Shown: positions 24,760-38,799 of the stretch, in pieces | Layout of the letters: each line of letters begins with the position of its first letter | How positions within the stretch are numbered: position 1 is the first letter of the stretch | Position numbers and translations under genes: made by a program | Source of the DNA: Mustelus asterias | Lineage: Eukaryota | DNA length: 64,000 bases | Reading direction: 5' to 3' | Assembly (NCBI RefSeq): GCF_964213995.1 | Contig: NW_027590137.1 | Span: 62,001 to 126,000 of the forward strand | The notes under the pieces: model-generated | What the model was told of the DNA's origin: nothing | Seen by the model: the letters and a program-made list of their open reading frames with translations, nothing else | The model's database searches: none

Positions 24760-26272
24760 CGTACACATATCACACACTCTCACACACATAAATACACACA
24801 TGCACACTCTCATATTCTCTCACATATGCAAACACACATACATACTCACACTTACTATCTCTCTCACACGATCTCTCTCACACACCCACACACATTCTCT
24901 CTCTCACACCCATTACACATACCGTCTCTCACACACGAATATATAGATACTCTTGCTCTCTCAATCAATCTCTCACACCCCCATTCACGGAAGCACTCAC
25001 ACACCCACACATTCTCTCTTACACACAGACACACACTCTCACATAAGCAGTCTCACACTCTCTTTCCAGCACACTCACATGCACTCTGTCACACATACTC
25101 TGTCACACGCTCAAGCTGTCTCATATTTATTCACACATGCACTCTCACAATTCCTCTTGCATCTCTCTCTCTCTCTCTCTCTCATACACACACATAATTA
25201 TTTCTCTCTTTCACACACTATCTCACACATGTACATTCTTGCTCTCACACACTGGCTCTCTCACAAACCCTCTCACACACACACACACACATGTACACAC
25301 TCTAACACACACTCTTACACACAGACAGTGTGTAAGAGGAATTTTCTGAAGGTGATTCCCCTGGGGTGCTCTGTAGTTGTTGAACCTCACTCAACCAATA
25401 CATAGAGTGCGAATGACAGTCTCTAGTTAAAGAACGAAAAGAAATTTATTTGCTAATGCATGCTTCAGGGGAGAGACACAGTCAATGAGAATTGACTGTC
25501 ATTTTTGACCTAATATTGCAAGGTAAAATTATTATATTATTCTGAACATCTCAATGCCCTGCCTAGTCTCATCATCAGACAGGAGGGCCAAATCACAATA
25601 TTCAACATTATTACCTTCGCCAATAATGTTCCACCTATCAACAGGAATTGGAGCTTATCAGCTTATTGCCCATGTAGGTTCCTTCCCCTTTACCTAGGAA
25701 ACCCAACCCACATCATCACCAGTAACCAAGGCCATAACTAACATCTGTGATTTTTAATTGGTGAAAGGAGTCACACTTTTGCTAGAACCTTGGCCTCCTT
25801 TATCAGCATGAGAGACTGCTCCAGCCTCGCTACCCATGAACAAATTTATTTCCTTAAATAGCAGGCCTACGATTAAGCTTGTTTTCGCATATCCAAAAAC
25901 AGATAACAGAAGCTGCTTTTCTTCATTCTGTTAAAGGAAGTTGGTCTGCCTACCACTGTTTCCCATCATGCTGCATTCAGAACGAAGTTGGCCAAGGCGC
26001 ACAATACATATATATTGAAAATACAGTTTAAGCTTATAATACTTGATTAATTAGTGGTTATACAGTTTATAATACCTTTGCAATTTATAATACCTTTGCT
26101 TATATTGTTTCAGGCACATTGTGAATTCTCACTATATATAAGGCACCTTAACCTAGTCTATTTATTATGGTAAAACTAAAATGAAGGGCCTCATTCTAAG
26201 AATTCTACATTACCCCACCCCCCATCACTCAGTCTCTCACATAAGCACAATCTCACACTCTCGTGCGCATAT

Positions 26273-26307
<35 letters not shown>

Positions 26308-27550
26308 TGCACTATCTCGCTCACATTTCCTCTTCCATGCATTCTCACTCTGTCTCACACTCATTCACATGCTCTCTCTCTCTCTATCTCTCTCATACGA
26401 ACACTTGCACACGCATTCGCTCTCACACAGGCACATATTTCTCTCTCTTTAACACTCTCACTCCCTTACACATTATCTCACACATGCACATTCTTGCTCT
26501 CAAACACTATCCTTCACAAGCACTCTCTCTCATACACGCACACAATCTCGCACACAGTCTCTCCGTCTCTCACAAGTATACAAAATGTATCTATCTTAAA
26601 CACTCCATCTATCACAGGCACACGTTCTCTCAACAGTTATCTCACACACACACACTCACGCATCCACTCTGTCTAATTTGCAAGCTTTTTCTCGCTCACA
26701 CACACTCTCCCCGCCCCTCTACTCATGATCATACACACTTTCAAGAACAGAGACACACTCTCACACACATAAAGAATAACTCTTCAAACGCACATTCTCT
26801 CTCACGCGCACACATTCTCTATCTCACACACTCTTTCTCTCACCCACACTCTCTCCTCTTGCACACACAGACCACTCTCTCACACGTGCAAAGGCACGCA
26901 TTTGTTTCACACACTCTCACACGCACAAACCACACACAAAGCCTCTCTCTCACACACACACACACATGCACACACACACATTGCTCCTATCTCCCACACA
27001 CATTGCACAAATGTTTCTCACTCACACACAATCCCATGCAGACTCTCACACACTCATTAGCATATTATTTTGCTTTCCAACAGGCACTCCCTCTCACACA
27101 CTCCCTTTCACATGAACACAACACTCCAGACCACACACATACCCTCCCTCTCACACACACAATCTCTTTCACCGACACCCTGTATCTCATACAGACACAC
27201 TCCCTTCCACATGAACACACACTCTATCACACACAGACGCAGTGTCTCACACAAACTCCCCACACACACTCTCCCCACCAGTCCACACACACACACACAC
27301 TTTCAAGAACAGCCACACGCTCACACACATAAAATATAACCCTTCAAACACACATTCTCTCTCACACACACATTCTCGATCTCACACGCTGTTTCTCTCA
27401 CGCACACACTCTCCTCTTGCACACACAGACCACTGTCTAACATATGTGCAAACAGACTCTATCACACACAGGCACCCTCACACACACATTCACCCTCTCT
27501 CTCGCACACAAACACACACCGTCAGATATACACCCAAAAACTCTCTCACA
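24760..27550 (+). repeat. (CA)/(CT) low-complexity tract split by an LTR
   Basis: Composition; produces spurious His/Thr/Ser/Leu ORFs. Confidence 0.9.
25331..26227 (-). mobile_element. ERV-like solo LTR
   Basis: TG..CA termini, ~900 bp, minus-strand AATAAA at ~25445; same family as 51493-57142; no clean TSD. Confidence 0.7.
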
Positions 27551-27591
27551 CACTTTCCATCGGACATACGTCAGAGTGACTGCCCTTGACA

Positions 27592-27925
27592 TCATAGGAT
27601 AGAGTCATAGAATCCTACAGTGCAGAAGGAGGCCATTCAGCCTATCGAGTCTGCACCAACAGCAATCCCACCAAAGCCATATCCCCATAACCCCATGCAT
27701 TTACCCCAGCTAGTCCCCCTGATACTACAGGGCAATTTAGCATGGCCAATCTTCATAACCCTCACATCTTTGGACTGTGAGAGGAAACCGGAGCACCCGG
27801 AGGAAATCCGCGCAGACACGGGGTGGAGTTGCAAACTCCACACAGACAGTGACCCAAGTCGGGAATCGAACCCATGTCCCTGCCGTTTTGAGGCAGCAGC
27901 GATAACCATTGTGCAACCGCGCCAC
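27592..27925 (-). mobile_element. HE1 SINE
   Basis: Reverse complement of the 46769-type consensus. Confidence 0.9.
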
Positions 27926-28609
27926 CCCCGTGGCACTTGAACGAGTGCGGGATCGAGGAGCCCAAGTAAAACTCAAGTGAATAAGAATCAGGGGGAAACT
28001 CTTCTCTGTTTGGACTCATATTTAGCACAAAGCAAGATGGTAATGGTTGTTGGAGGTCAAACATTTCAGTTCAGATTTCACTGCAGGAGTTCGGCAGAGG
28101 ACTGTTCTGGGACAAACAAGCTTCTACTGCTTCATCAATGACATTCCATCCAACATGACGTCGGAAGTAGGGATTTTCATGTGTTACACTGGACAATAGG
28201 GAGGGACTTGGCTGAGACTAACGCCGACTGGGTGCCCAATATTGGTGTAAACTTGGTGTTTCATTTCTGTGTGGCCCATCCTGGTTTTGCTGTAAACTTC
28301 CCTTCCAGCTCCCTCAGCCTGTCTATTTGTTCACTGACATGGGTTTCTTAAAGAAAGGCAGCGACATTAAAGCAGCTGCCCAGTGATTTACACTGCTGCC
28401 TGACTTCACACAGCCCTGTTACTGAAAGCTGATCAATGTGGAGAATCGGGACAAGATCGATGGAGAGGAAGAGGAGGAGGTGGAGGTGCTGGGGCCGAAT
28501 GGAGCAGTCCCCAGCTCGGCTATGGACAACAGGCAACGGAAAGTTGAGACTGAGGGCAAAATCATCTGGAGAATCATTCTGATAATGGGATCAGAGTAAT
28601 TGTGAATGA

Positions 28610-29420
28610 TCACTGACCCACTTTTACTGACCCATCCTACTTATTGACTCTCACTGAATCAATTCACTCTCACTGACTGACTCACTCACTTACCCTCATT
28701 AATTCCTACTCACTCACCATCACCCACTCACCGGCACCCACCCTCACACACTCACCCGCACTCACCTACCCTCGCTTGCTCACACCCTCACTCACTTACG
28801 CTCACTCATTCTTTCGTGCAAACTAACCCCCACTCACCCAACCTCAATTATTCTCACTCGCAATCACTCATCCTCACTCACCCTCGCTCACACTCACTCA
28901 TTTTCACTATCATTGACCCTCATATCCTCACTCACTCACACACCCTCAGTCAACCTTATCCACACAGCCTAATTCACACTCACTCACTCACACACCCCAC
29001 TCACCCCCACTCACTCATAAAACTTCAATCATTCACCCTCACTCACTTACCCAACCTCACTCATGCTAGCTGACACTCACTCACATGCACTCATCCTCAA
29101 TCACCCTCACTCACTCAGCTTCACTCACCCTCACTAACTGTCTCTCACCCTCACTCATTCACCCTGACTCACCCACTCCCACGCACTCACTGGCTTAGCA
29201 TCATTCAATTAGCCTCACTCAATTATCTTCACTCCCTCAGCTACCCTCACTCACTCACTCACCTTCACTCATCCACCTTTACTCAACCTCACTCACTCAC
29301 ACTCACTCACACTCACACCCACCCTCATCAACCCATCCTCGCTCCCCCTAACTTACTCGCCCTAACTCATTCAACCTAACTCACTCACGCAGACTCATAC
29401 ACATTCACTCACTCTCTCTC
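28610..29420 (+). repeat. C-rich (CACT/CACC)n low-complexity tract
   Basis: Composition, almost no G. Confidence 0.9.
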
Positions 29421-29479
29421 ATCCTGAAGCGAGGTCTGAAGACGGAGGGATGCCCAACTTCAGGAGCATGCCAATGGAG

Positions 29480-30400
29480 TGGAGAGAGCTGTAAGGGCTC
29501 TGGGCCATGGAAAATGGCAAGGAGCTACTTGAAAATGCAGAGAGCCGGGAAAAGAACAGAGAGATGGGGGAAAGTGCAGAAAGCAATAGGGAAGGGCAGG
29601 GAGATGGGGAAAAGAGTAGAGAGTCGGGGGAAAGGGCAGGGAGCTGGGGAAAGGACAGGGAGATGGGGAAAAGGGCAGGGAGCCGGGTAAAGAACGGAAA
29701 GCCAGGTGAAAGGGCAGAGAGCCGAGGGAAAGGACAGAGAGCCGGGAGAAAGAGCAGGAGGAAAGGACAGGGAGACGGGGAAAAGGGCACAGAGTCGGGC
29801 GGAAGGGTAGACTGTCGGGAGAAAAAGTAGAGAGCCGGGGCAAAGGGCAGAGAGCCGGGGGACAGGGCAACGAACAGCTTGGAAAGGCATATAGACTGAG
29901 GGAAGGGCAGCGGTCCAGAAGAATGGGCATAGAGTTGGTTGGAAGGACAGACAGCTGGGAGCAATGACAGAGAGACGGAGGTAAGTGCGGAGAGCCGTGC
30001 GAAAGTACAGATAGTCGGGGGGGAGGGGCGGGGAGCACAGAGCGTTGGAAAAGGGCGAGGAACAGGAGGAAAGGACACTGAGTTGGGCGAAGGTGCAGAG
30101 GGATGGGGGAAAACATAAAAGCACAGAGAGGGGATGGACGGAAATTGCAGAGAGCCGGGATAAAAGGGTAGAGAGAGAGCATAGAGAGACGGGGCCAAGT
30201 GCAAAAGGCCGGAGGAAAGGGCAGAGAATCGGAAGAAAGGACAGAGAGCTGGGGGAAAGCGTAGAGGGGGCAAGAACGTGCAGAGAGACATGAAAGAGCA
30301 TAGAGAGATGGAGGAAAGCGTTGAAAGCCGGTGGACAGTGCAGGAAGCTGAAGGATCGAACAGAGAGTCGGGAAGAGTCGACAGCTGGTCATTGGGCTGA
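29480..30400 (+). repeat. G/A-rich ~20-bp minisatellite 5' of CH1
   Basis: Units like GAAAAGGGCAGAGAGCCGGG; strong purine/G skew. Confidence 0.85.
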
Positions 30401-31110
30401 GGGGAGGGGTTGGAATATGGAGTTAACACCACAATCAGTTCAGCCATGATGTCACTGAATGGAGGAGGAGGCTCGAGGGACCGAATGGTCTACTCCTGCT
30501 ATTAATGCATGATCCGAAGATTAGAGAATGTTTCAAGCACTTGAATTGGCACTCATTTGAGAGATTTATGGTGATTACATTAGTATTCATCCTAACGGTA
30601 CTTTTGAAGGAAAGTCATTGTTCTTTGTTTGGGGGGTTTGGAGGTTAGTAGGAGGCGGGGGGTTGGGATGTTTGCTGGTAATGAGGTGGAGAGAGTTGAG
30701 GGCATCAGTCAGTTTGAACACCGGCAATTCCCAAAACTGCTAAGAAATGAATGAAGAGACAACTTCCTCATCACAAGGTGCTGTTGATTGAGAAATAAAT
30801 GGTGGCTGAAAGAATAGAGAAAATCATCTGCTTTTCTCTTTTGATCCAATGCAATTTATGTCATTCAAATAACATCAAAGTGTTTTTTCTCCAGTGTGAA
30901 AGAGACGGAGAAAGAGATTTAAGTTTCTACAAGGGAACAGACAGACGATGGTTCCTAAATCAGAGAACTAATCGAATCTCAAATGTGGTGTCTGGTTTAT
31001 TGGGAAATATTAGGATAGATTCATAATTCTGGTCAAAAGTTTAAATGTCTGATGGCTTAACGAACATAAATAACGGAGTCTAATTTGTTCAATCGGCTAT
31101 TCTTTCTCAG

Positions 31111-31410
31111 CGACACCATCTCCACCCATTCTATACAGCCTGGTCTCCTCCTGTCAGCAACACAACACGAACGGCTCTGTCACCTACGGCTGTTTGGCAA
31201 TGGACTACTCCGCAGAAATCACCAGTCTAACCTGGAAGAAAAATGGGCAGCCGATCACCACTGGGTTTAAGACTTACCCATCAGTGAGAAACACGAAGGA
31301 AACCTATACCCTGAGCAGCCAGTTAACCATCACCGAGCCAGAGGGAGAATGCAGCAAAATCAACTGTGAGGTTCGACACAGCGGCTCAGTCAAGAGGATT
31401 GAAATGCCAT
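31111..31410 (+). CDS. IGHM: IgM CH1 exon
   Basis: [47 protein letters not shown]; AG/GTAAGT, phase 1, 300 nt. Confidence 0.95.
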
Positions 31411-31618
31411 GTAAGTGTTGTGCAGCTTGTGTAAAATAGAAACGCTGCGGTTAACCTGTGTAGGGTCTTGGTTATAACACATTTAAAGAAATGTACATAA
31501 TCCGGACCCCGGATTGTCCCGGTTAGTGTCTATTGACTGCAAGTGAGTTACTAATGTAAACAGAAGTTTGATTGATCAACATCTTCTGCAGGAAATGACT
31601 AATATGTGTTTTCTGAAG

Positions 31619-31933
31619 GTTCTAAAGATGACATCCCTCCAACCGTTATCCTTACCGTGAGTTCCAGTGAAGAAATCACAAGCAGCAAATTTGCAACCAT
31701 CGTCTGTTCAATCATCGATTTCCAGCCAAAGTCAATGACGGTGAAGTGGCTGAAGAATGGACAACCCATGGATTCAGGAATTGTCACCTCCCCCGTCTGG
31801 GAAGTGAACAGGAACTTCTCGGCGAGCAGTCGGCTGACAATCTCCACTGGGGAATGGTTTAGCAAAGCGATCTATACCTGCCAGGTCACTCATCAAGGGC
31901 TTACACAGAGTCAGAACATCAGCGGATCTCTGG
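31619..31933 (+). CDS. IGHM: IgM CH2 exon
   Basis: (C)[37 protein letters not shown]; GAAG acceptor, GTAAGA donor, 315 nt. Confidence 0.93.
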
Positions 31934-32199
31934 GTAAGAGATGCAAACCGAGGGAGGAATTGGTCATTGTATGCTCTGATTTTAATCAAAATCAAGAATT
32001 ATTGAAGTTAGTACATAGCAACGGACAACTTTTAATTTGCTGCCATATGTTTCCTTCTGTGTAAGAGCGGCATTAGAATCGCTCAGCATTCAGGATTTTA
32101 TTAGAACCGCAGGTAATTTTTCCCTCTACTTTGATGTCATATAGTGAGTGAGGTGGACTCGATATCAGCGTTATTATGTGCTGATAGTATTTGGGGAGA

Positions 32200-35100
32200 C
32201 GAAAGGTGTCTGGGAGTGATTGTGGCTTGCCTCACTGACCAGTGTTGGGACCGCAATGGTTTACAATTCACAAAGATGATTTGGAGTTGGGGACCAAGTG
32301 TGGTGTGCACAAGTTCGCAGATGACATTAAGATGAGTGGTGGAGCAAAGTGTGCAGAGGACACTGAAAGTCTGCAAAGGGATATAGATAGTTTCAGTGAG
32401 TGGGCAAGGGTCTGGCAGATGGAGTACAATGTTGGTAGGAATAAACTTCCTGACACAGTATGTGGATAAGCCTACAAAAGGAGAGGCTGTACTTGATTTG
32501 GTATTAGGGAATGAACCTGGGCAGGTGTCAGATCTCTCAGTGGGAGAGCATTTTGGGGATAGTGATCATAAATCTATCTCCTTTACATTAGCATTGGAGA
32601 GAGCTAGGATCGGTCAAGCTAGGAAAGTGTTTATTTGGAGTAAGGGCAATTATGAGGCTATTAGGCAGGAAATTAGAGGCATAAATTGGAAGGAGGTTTT
32701 CTCAGGGAAATGTACAGAAGAAATGTGGCAAATTTCCAAGGAAAATGTGTCTGGAACTCTGCACAGCAACGTTCCAATGAGACAGGGGAGTTATGGTAGG
32801 TTACAGGAACCATGGTGCACGAAAGCTGTAACGAATTTAGTCAAGAAGAAAAGAAAAGCCTACAAAAGGTTCAGGGAGCTGGGTAATGTTAGAAATATAG
32901 AAGAGTATACAACCAGTAGGAAGGAACATAAGAGGGAAATTAGAAGAGCCAAAAGGGGTCATGAGAAGGCCTTGGCAGACAGGATAAAGGAAAACCCCAA
33001 GGCATTCTATAAGTATGTTAAGAGCAAGAAGATAAGATGTGGAGGAGTAGGACCTATCAAATGTGATGGTGGGAAAGTCTGTACAGAACCGATAGAAATA
33101 GCAGAGGTACTCAATGAATACTTTACTTCAGCATTCACAGTGGAAAAGGATCTTGGTAGTCGCAGTGCAGACTTGCAGTGGGCTGAGATGATTGAGCACA
33201 TGGATATTAGGAAAGAGGATGTGTTGGAGCTTTTGTAAAGCATCAAGTTAGATAGATCGCCAGGACCGGATGGGATGTACCACAGGTTACTGTGGGAGGT
33301 GAGGGAAGAGATTGCTGAGCCTCTGGCGATGATCTTTCCGTCATCAATGGAGATGGGAGAGGTTCCGGAGGATTGGAGGATTGCGGATGTGGTTCCGTTA
33401 TTCTAGAAAGGGAGAAGAGATAGCCCAGGAAATTATAGACCAGTGAGTCTAACCTCAGTGGTTGGTAAGTTGATGGAGAAGATCCTGAGAGGCAGGATTT
33501 ATGAACATCTGGAGAGGAATAGTATGATCAGAAATAGCCAGCACGGCTTTGTCCAAGGCAGATCATGCCTTACGAGCCTAATTGAATTTTTCGAAGATGT
33601 AACTAGACACATAGACGTGGGAAGAGAGGTAGATGTAGTTTATGTGGATTTCAGCAAGGCGTTTGATAAGGTGCCCCATTCAAGGCTTATTGAGAAAGTG
33701 AAGGGGCATGGGATACAAGGGGACATTGCCTTGCAGATTCAGAACTGGCTTGCCCACAGAAGGCAAAGAGTGGTTGTAGATGGGTCTTTTTCAGCATGGA
33801 GGTCGGTCACCAGTGGAGTGCCCCAGGGATCTGTTCTGGGACCCTTGCTCTTTGTGATTTTTATAAATGACCTGGATGAGGAAGTGGAAGGATGGGTTGG
33901 CAAGTTTACTGATGACGCAAAGTTTTGGTGGTGTTGTGGATAGTGTAGAGGGATGTCAGCAGTTCCAACGAGACATCGATAAAATGCAAGACTGGGCAGA
34001 GAAGTGGCAGATGGACTTCAACCCAGATCAGTGTGTGGTGGTGCATTTTGGCAGGTCAAATAGGATGAAAGAATATAATATTAAGGGTAAGACGCTTGGC
34101 AGTGTGGAAGATCAGAAGGATCTTGGGCTCCGGGTTCACAGGACGCTCAAAGCAGCGTCACAGGTAGAAGCTTTGGTTAAAAATGCGTAAGGAATACTGG
34201 CCTTCATCAATAGAGGAAATGAGTTTAGAAATCGGGAGATAATGCTGCAGCTATATAGGACCCTGGTCAGACCCCACCTGGAGTACTGTGTACAGTTCTG
34301 GTCGCCTCATTACAGGAAGGTTGCGGAAGCCATAGAAAGCGTGCAGAGGAGATTTACAAGGATGTTATCGGATTAGGTGGCATGCCTTATGAGGATAGTT
34401 TGAGAGAGCTAGGTCTTTTCTCCTTGGAGAAGCGAAGGATGAGAGGTGACCTGATAGAGGTGTATAAGATGTTGAGAGGTATTGATAGAGTGGATTCTCA
34501 GAGGTTTTTACCCAGGACTGAAATGGTTGCCACAAGAGGTCACAGGTTTTGGGTGCTGGGGAGTAGGTACAGAGGAGATGTTAGGGGTAAGTTTTTCACT
34601 CAGAGGATGGTGGGTGCGTGGAATCGGCTGCCGGTAGTGGTGGTGGAGGTGGATTCGATAGGGTCTTTTAAGAGACTTTTGGATAAGTTCATGGAAGTTA
34701 GTAAGATAGATGTTTATAGGTAAGCCGAAGAGGTAGGGACATGTTTGGCGCAACTTGTGAACCGAAGGGCCTGTTTGTGCTGTAGCTTTTCTATCTTCTA
34801 TGTTCTAACAGCAAAATTGACTATTATTGAAGGGCTAAAAATTGCTGCATTTGGCTGTGCAGTCGAATCAGGGTGTCCTTGTGCATGAATCGCAAAACAT
34901 TGGTTGACAGGTGCAGCAGGTAATTAAGAAGGCAAATTGAATTTTGTCCTTTATGGCTGGAGGGATGGAATTTAGAAACAGGGAGGTTATGGTGCAGCTG
35001 TATAAAGTTCAGCTTTATAAAGTGAGGCAACAGCTATAGCATTGTGTACAACGTTAGTATCCTTACTTGAGAAAGGATAAACTGGCATTGCAGGGGGTGC

Positions 35101-35625
35101 CAAGAGGATTCACTGGGTTGATTCCGGAATTGAGAGTGTTGTCTTCTGAGGAGAAACTGTGTAGACTGGGACTATACTCATTGTAATTCAGAAGAATGAG
35201 GGGGGATCTTTTAGAAACATGTAAGATTATGAAGAGAGTAGATAAGATAAGCAGCAGGGAGGTGGTTTCCACTGGTGGGTGAAACTAGAACTCGGGGGCA
35301 CAGCCTCAAAATAAGGTGGAGGCGGGGGGGCGGGGGGGGGGGGGGGGGGACAGATATCGGGTTGAGTTGAGGAAGAACTTCTTCATCCAAAGGGTTGTGA
35401 ATCTATGGAATTCCCTGCCCAGTTAAGCAGTTGAGGCGACTTTGCTGAATATATCAAAGGCAAAGATAGATAGCTTTTTGAACAGTAAATGAATTAAGGG
35501 TTATGATGAGCGGGCGGGTGAGTGGATCTGAGTGCACGAAAAGATGAGCCTGATCTGATTGAATGGCGGAGTAAGCTCGAGGGGCCAGACGGCCGACTGC
35601 TGCTCCTCGTTCATATATTCTAATG
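32200..35625 (+). mobile_element. Old CR1 3' half with a younger CR1 (32441-34806) nested in the same orientation
   Basis: Host RT (FADD) stops at GGTAGGAATAA and resumes at TAACAGCAAAA; inner ORFs 32396..34723 with stops and frameshifts. Confidence 0.85.
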
Positions 35626-35951
35626 TTAACATCTTCAAGATAATCTGCTCGAAAGTGCACCCACCCTATTTATCAATCAGAGTTTAGTATTGCCTTTCCG
35701 ATATCAGGAATGTTATATTTTCACTGGGACTGCTGCAATGCTCATTCATTAGAATAATACCTGGAGTCATCGACTTTACTGTATAGTTTTCGCAGACCAA
35801 CCTGGCTTTCCATTGAGTATAGACGATTAAAGACGACATCTCGAGGTTGATATCCCGAAGTTTATTTTTTCTACATCAGCGAGTGAAGGCTGAATACTGC
35901 TGTTTTGATTCTGAAGATGAAATTCGGTTTGATTTTCATTTCTTTTCACAG

Positions 35952-36251
35952 ATTATCCCTCATGCACCAATTCCAGGATCACTCTCCTGCCTCCGCCCAT
36001 GGAACAATTCCTACTGGAGGCGACCGTGACCTTAACATGTGTCATTTCTAAAGCTCACGCTGGATTCAACATGTCCTGGAGCCAAGGAAAGAAGCATTTA
36101 AAATCAGAGATTGTCGACCAACATTCAGGCAGTGTGGTCAGCAAATTAAACATCTCGACACAAGCCTGGCAGAGTGGGGACGTGTTCGAATGTGTGGCGA
36201 GAAATGAGGATCAGCCGATTCCTTTAAGACTATCGATCCACAAGGAAGAAG
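35952..36251 (+). CDS. IGHM: IgM CH3 exon
   Basis: (D)[39 protein letters not shown]; TTTCACAG/GTGAGC, 300 nt. Confidence 0.95.
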
Positions 36252-36699
36252 GTGAGCGGCCAGATTGAAACAATAGATCAGTCATTGTGTATATTTCCAG
36301 TGTAAGTGGTTAAGTCAATCTTTGCTATTCGGTGTATTAATCGTCTACTCTGATTGGTAGTTCCAGATAGTAAACACTCTGGGCCTGTAGATAATAAATT
36401 CGATGTGAGAATTGAAAAGTAGATGAAGTAACAATAATTAGAAGACAACGCTTAGATGGAGTAAGAAGGGAGGAGGGACGTGATTTTAAGTTTAGCAGCA
36501 GAACAGACCAGTTCAGCCGAATGGCCTCTTTCTGTGCTGTAAACTAAAAGTAACTTTCTAGTTCAGACCAAAATGTTCACCAAGAAATTGATTGGAACAA
36601 CCTCTGCTCTGAACTGAAAAACTGGGCAAATCCCAAAATGAAAAATGGAAACCTTTCAAAGTCAGCATCAAATACACTTTCTAGATCGGGTAGATAACT

Positions 36700-37105
36700 C
36701 AGAAACATCTCCCCTTCGTGGAAGGGTCAAAAACCAGATGACATAGATTTAATTAACGGATGGTAGAGTGAGAGGGCATTTGGGGAGAACCTTTTTTTCA
36801 CCCAGAGGGTGTTTTGAATGTGGAACTCACTGCCTGAAAGGCTGGTAGGAACAGGAACTGGTAGGAACAGGAACAAGCTGGTAGGAACAGGAACAGGAAC
36901 AGGAACAGGCTGGTAGGAACAGGAACAGGAACCTTCACAGCATTTAAGAAACATTTAAATGAGTCCCTGAAACACCAATGCATCCAAGGCTATGGAGCAA
37001 GTGCTGGATAATGGAATTAAAAGAGATTGGTGTTTCTTGGCCGGCGCAGTCACAATGGATTGAAGGGCCTCGTTTTGTGCTGTAAAACTCTATGACTCGA
37101 TGACC
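36700..37105 (+). mobile_element. CR1 3' fragment with an internal (GGAACA)n expansion at ~36845-36912
   Basis: TTCACCCAGAGGGTG..TGGAACTCACTGCC and GAAGGGCCT tail. Confidence 0.75.
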
Positions 37106-37161
37106 TGTATCCAGGAGTTCCATTGCTTCCGAAATTGACGCATGTTGTACATTTTCTACAG

Positions 37162-37544
37162 TTAAAAACCCACAGGAACCTTCCGTCTCTGTCCTCCTGC
37201 CCTCGGCAGAAGAAATCTCCTCTCACAGATTCGTCTCCCTCAGCTGCTTAGTGAAAGGTTTCTCCCCCCGAGAGATCTTCGTCAAGTGGACCATCAATGA
37301 CAAGCCTGGGAACTATCAGAACACCGAGGTGGTAGCGGAGAACGGCAATGGCTCCTTCTTCATGTACAGCCTGTTAACCATTGCAGCGGAGGAGTGGTCC
37401 AGTGGCGCTTCTTACTCATGTGTGGTGGGACATGAAGCCATCCCCTTGAAGATCATCAACAGAACGGTTGACAAATCCAGCGGTAAACCCAGTTTTGTGA
37501 ACATTTCTCTTGCACTGATGGACACCGTTAATTCATGTAAATGA
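37162..37544 (+). CDS. IGHM: IgM CH4 plus secretory tailpiece (membrane donor after 37482)
   Basis: [36 protein letters not shown]|[20 protein letters not shown]; NIS glycan site and penultimate Cys. Confidence 0.97.
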
Positions 37545-37569
37545 AAATCATAGTTATATTCGAAACTTC

Positions 37570-37584
37570 AATAAAAATAATAAA
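37570..37584 (+). terminator. Secretory-form poly(A) signals
   Basis: Two AATAAA (37570, 37579) just after the stop. Confidence 0.75.
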
Positions 37585-37939
37585 ACCTTTTCCTCCAATG
37601 AAGAAAATACCCAATCGCTTACTTGATTGTTTTCCAGTTTTACTTCTATCAGGTCTCTTTGGTTTGGGTCTCATATTTACAAGTCTTGTAGAATCAGTGC
37701 TCCGATATCAGAGACATGCACCCTGGGTTAGAGACAGACTAGAGCATATTCATTACCAAATTATGCAAAATAGCTTCACCAACCTTCCTGCTGCTGAGGT
37801 GAAATCCACCGAATTCATATTTCAGATAAACAAATGCAGTATATTTAGATCTTGGTGTTCCTGCTTCTCTCATTATCCATCCCATTAACATTGATGTCAG
37901 CTTTAAGTTGCTGCTCTACACCCACTTGGAACTGAAGTG

Positions 37940-38330
37940 AGGGTCACACACTGACATAGAGCACCAATCCCCCATCAGAGAGAGTGGGGATTGAAACTGT
38001 TAACACACTGGATTCCCACTCCTCCAGCAAAGAGAGGGGAGGGGCATTATGTAATCCACAGTAATCCCACTGTCCCAGCAAAGTGAGGGGGTTGTACCCG
38101 CACTCCACCTACAATGAGAGTGGAAGCAGCGTTAGGTAAAGCACTGTACCCTCGCTTCGCAACAAAGAGTAGTTCATCCACTGTATCAGCACTCGCCCCA
38201 AAAAGAGGGGGAAGGACATTAGTTAATGTACTCTACCCCAATTTCCCAGTGATGAAGAGGGACAGTAGTGAATCCACTGTATCTACAGCTCCTCAGCAGA
38301 GAAAACCAAAATGGAAATTGCTCAGTCCAT
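37940..38330 (+). repeat. Degenerate ~50-bp tandem repeat
   Basis: Recurring ATCCACTGTATC..CAGCAAAGAGAGGGG. Confidence 0.55.
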
Positions 38331-38799
38331 ATGAGAGAACGAAACGATGAACTCACAATGCTTCCCATCCCCGAGCTGAAGATATGGAAGAGATTGGGTT
38401 TCTATGGCAATTCCTCAGTCACCAAAAGTTCTCCACCTTTCTGGCTGCAAATTCTAAACTTCCAACATGCAAATCATGTTGTGGAATATATATTTATGGA
38501 ACGTTATTTTCAAAGTTTAAACACCCTGTTCATCGTTTGCTAACATTGATTTCACACAATCCGAATTTAAACTGGTGACTGTATCCTCCCTGGGTGTTCA
38601 TACACCTATCCCTGATTTGGATGTGGATCAATAAATTGTTGCATTAATTCAACGAATTTCACCTTGCACCTCACAGAAGAGAAATATCAACAGAGGATGT
38701 TGAAAACATTCTCCATAATTCGCACCCATCAGGGTCAAAGTCTATTATTTTCATCCTGTGAAACTTGGTACAATAGTAAATATACAGGCGAACGACAAA

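Noticed and set aside
28400-28600. Acidic stretch (DGEEEEEVEV) as hidden exon or transposase
   Set aside because: No recognisable domain or convincing splice context.
24734-30447. Long His/Thr-rich and Pro/Leu/Ser-rich ORFs (e.g. 26181..27332, 29419..30447)
   Set aside because: Stop-poor simple repeats open in several frames at once.
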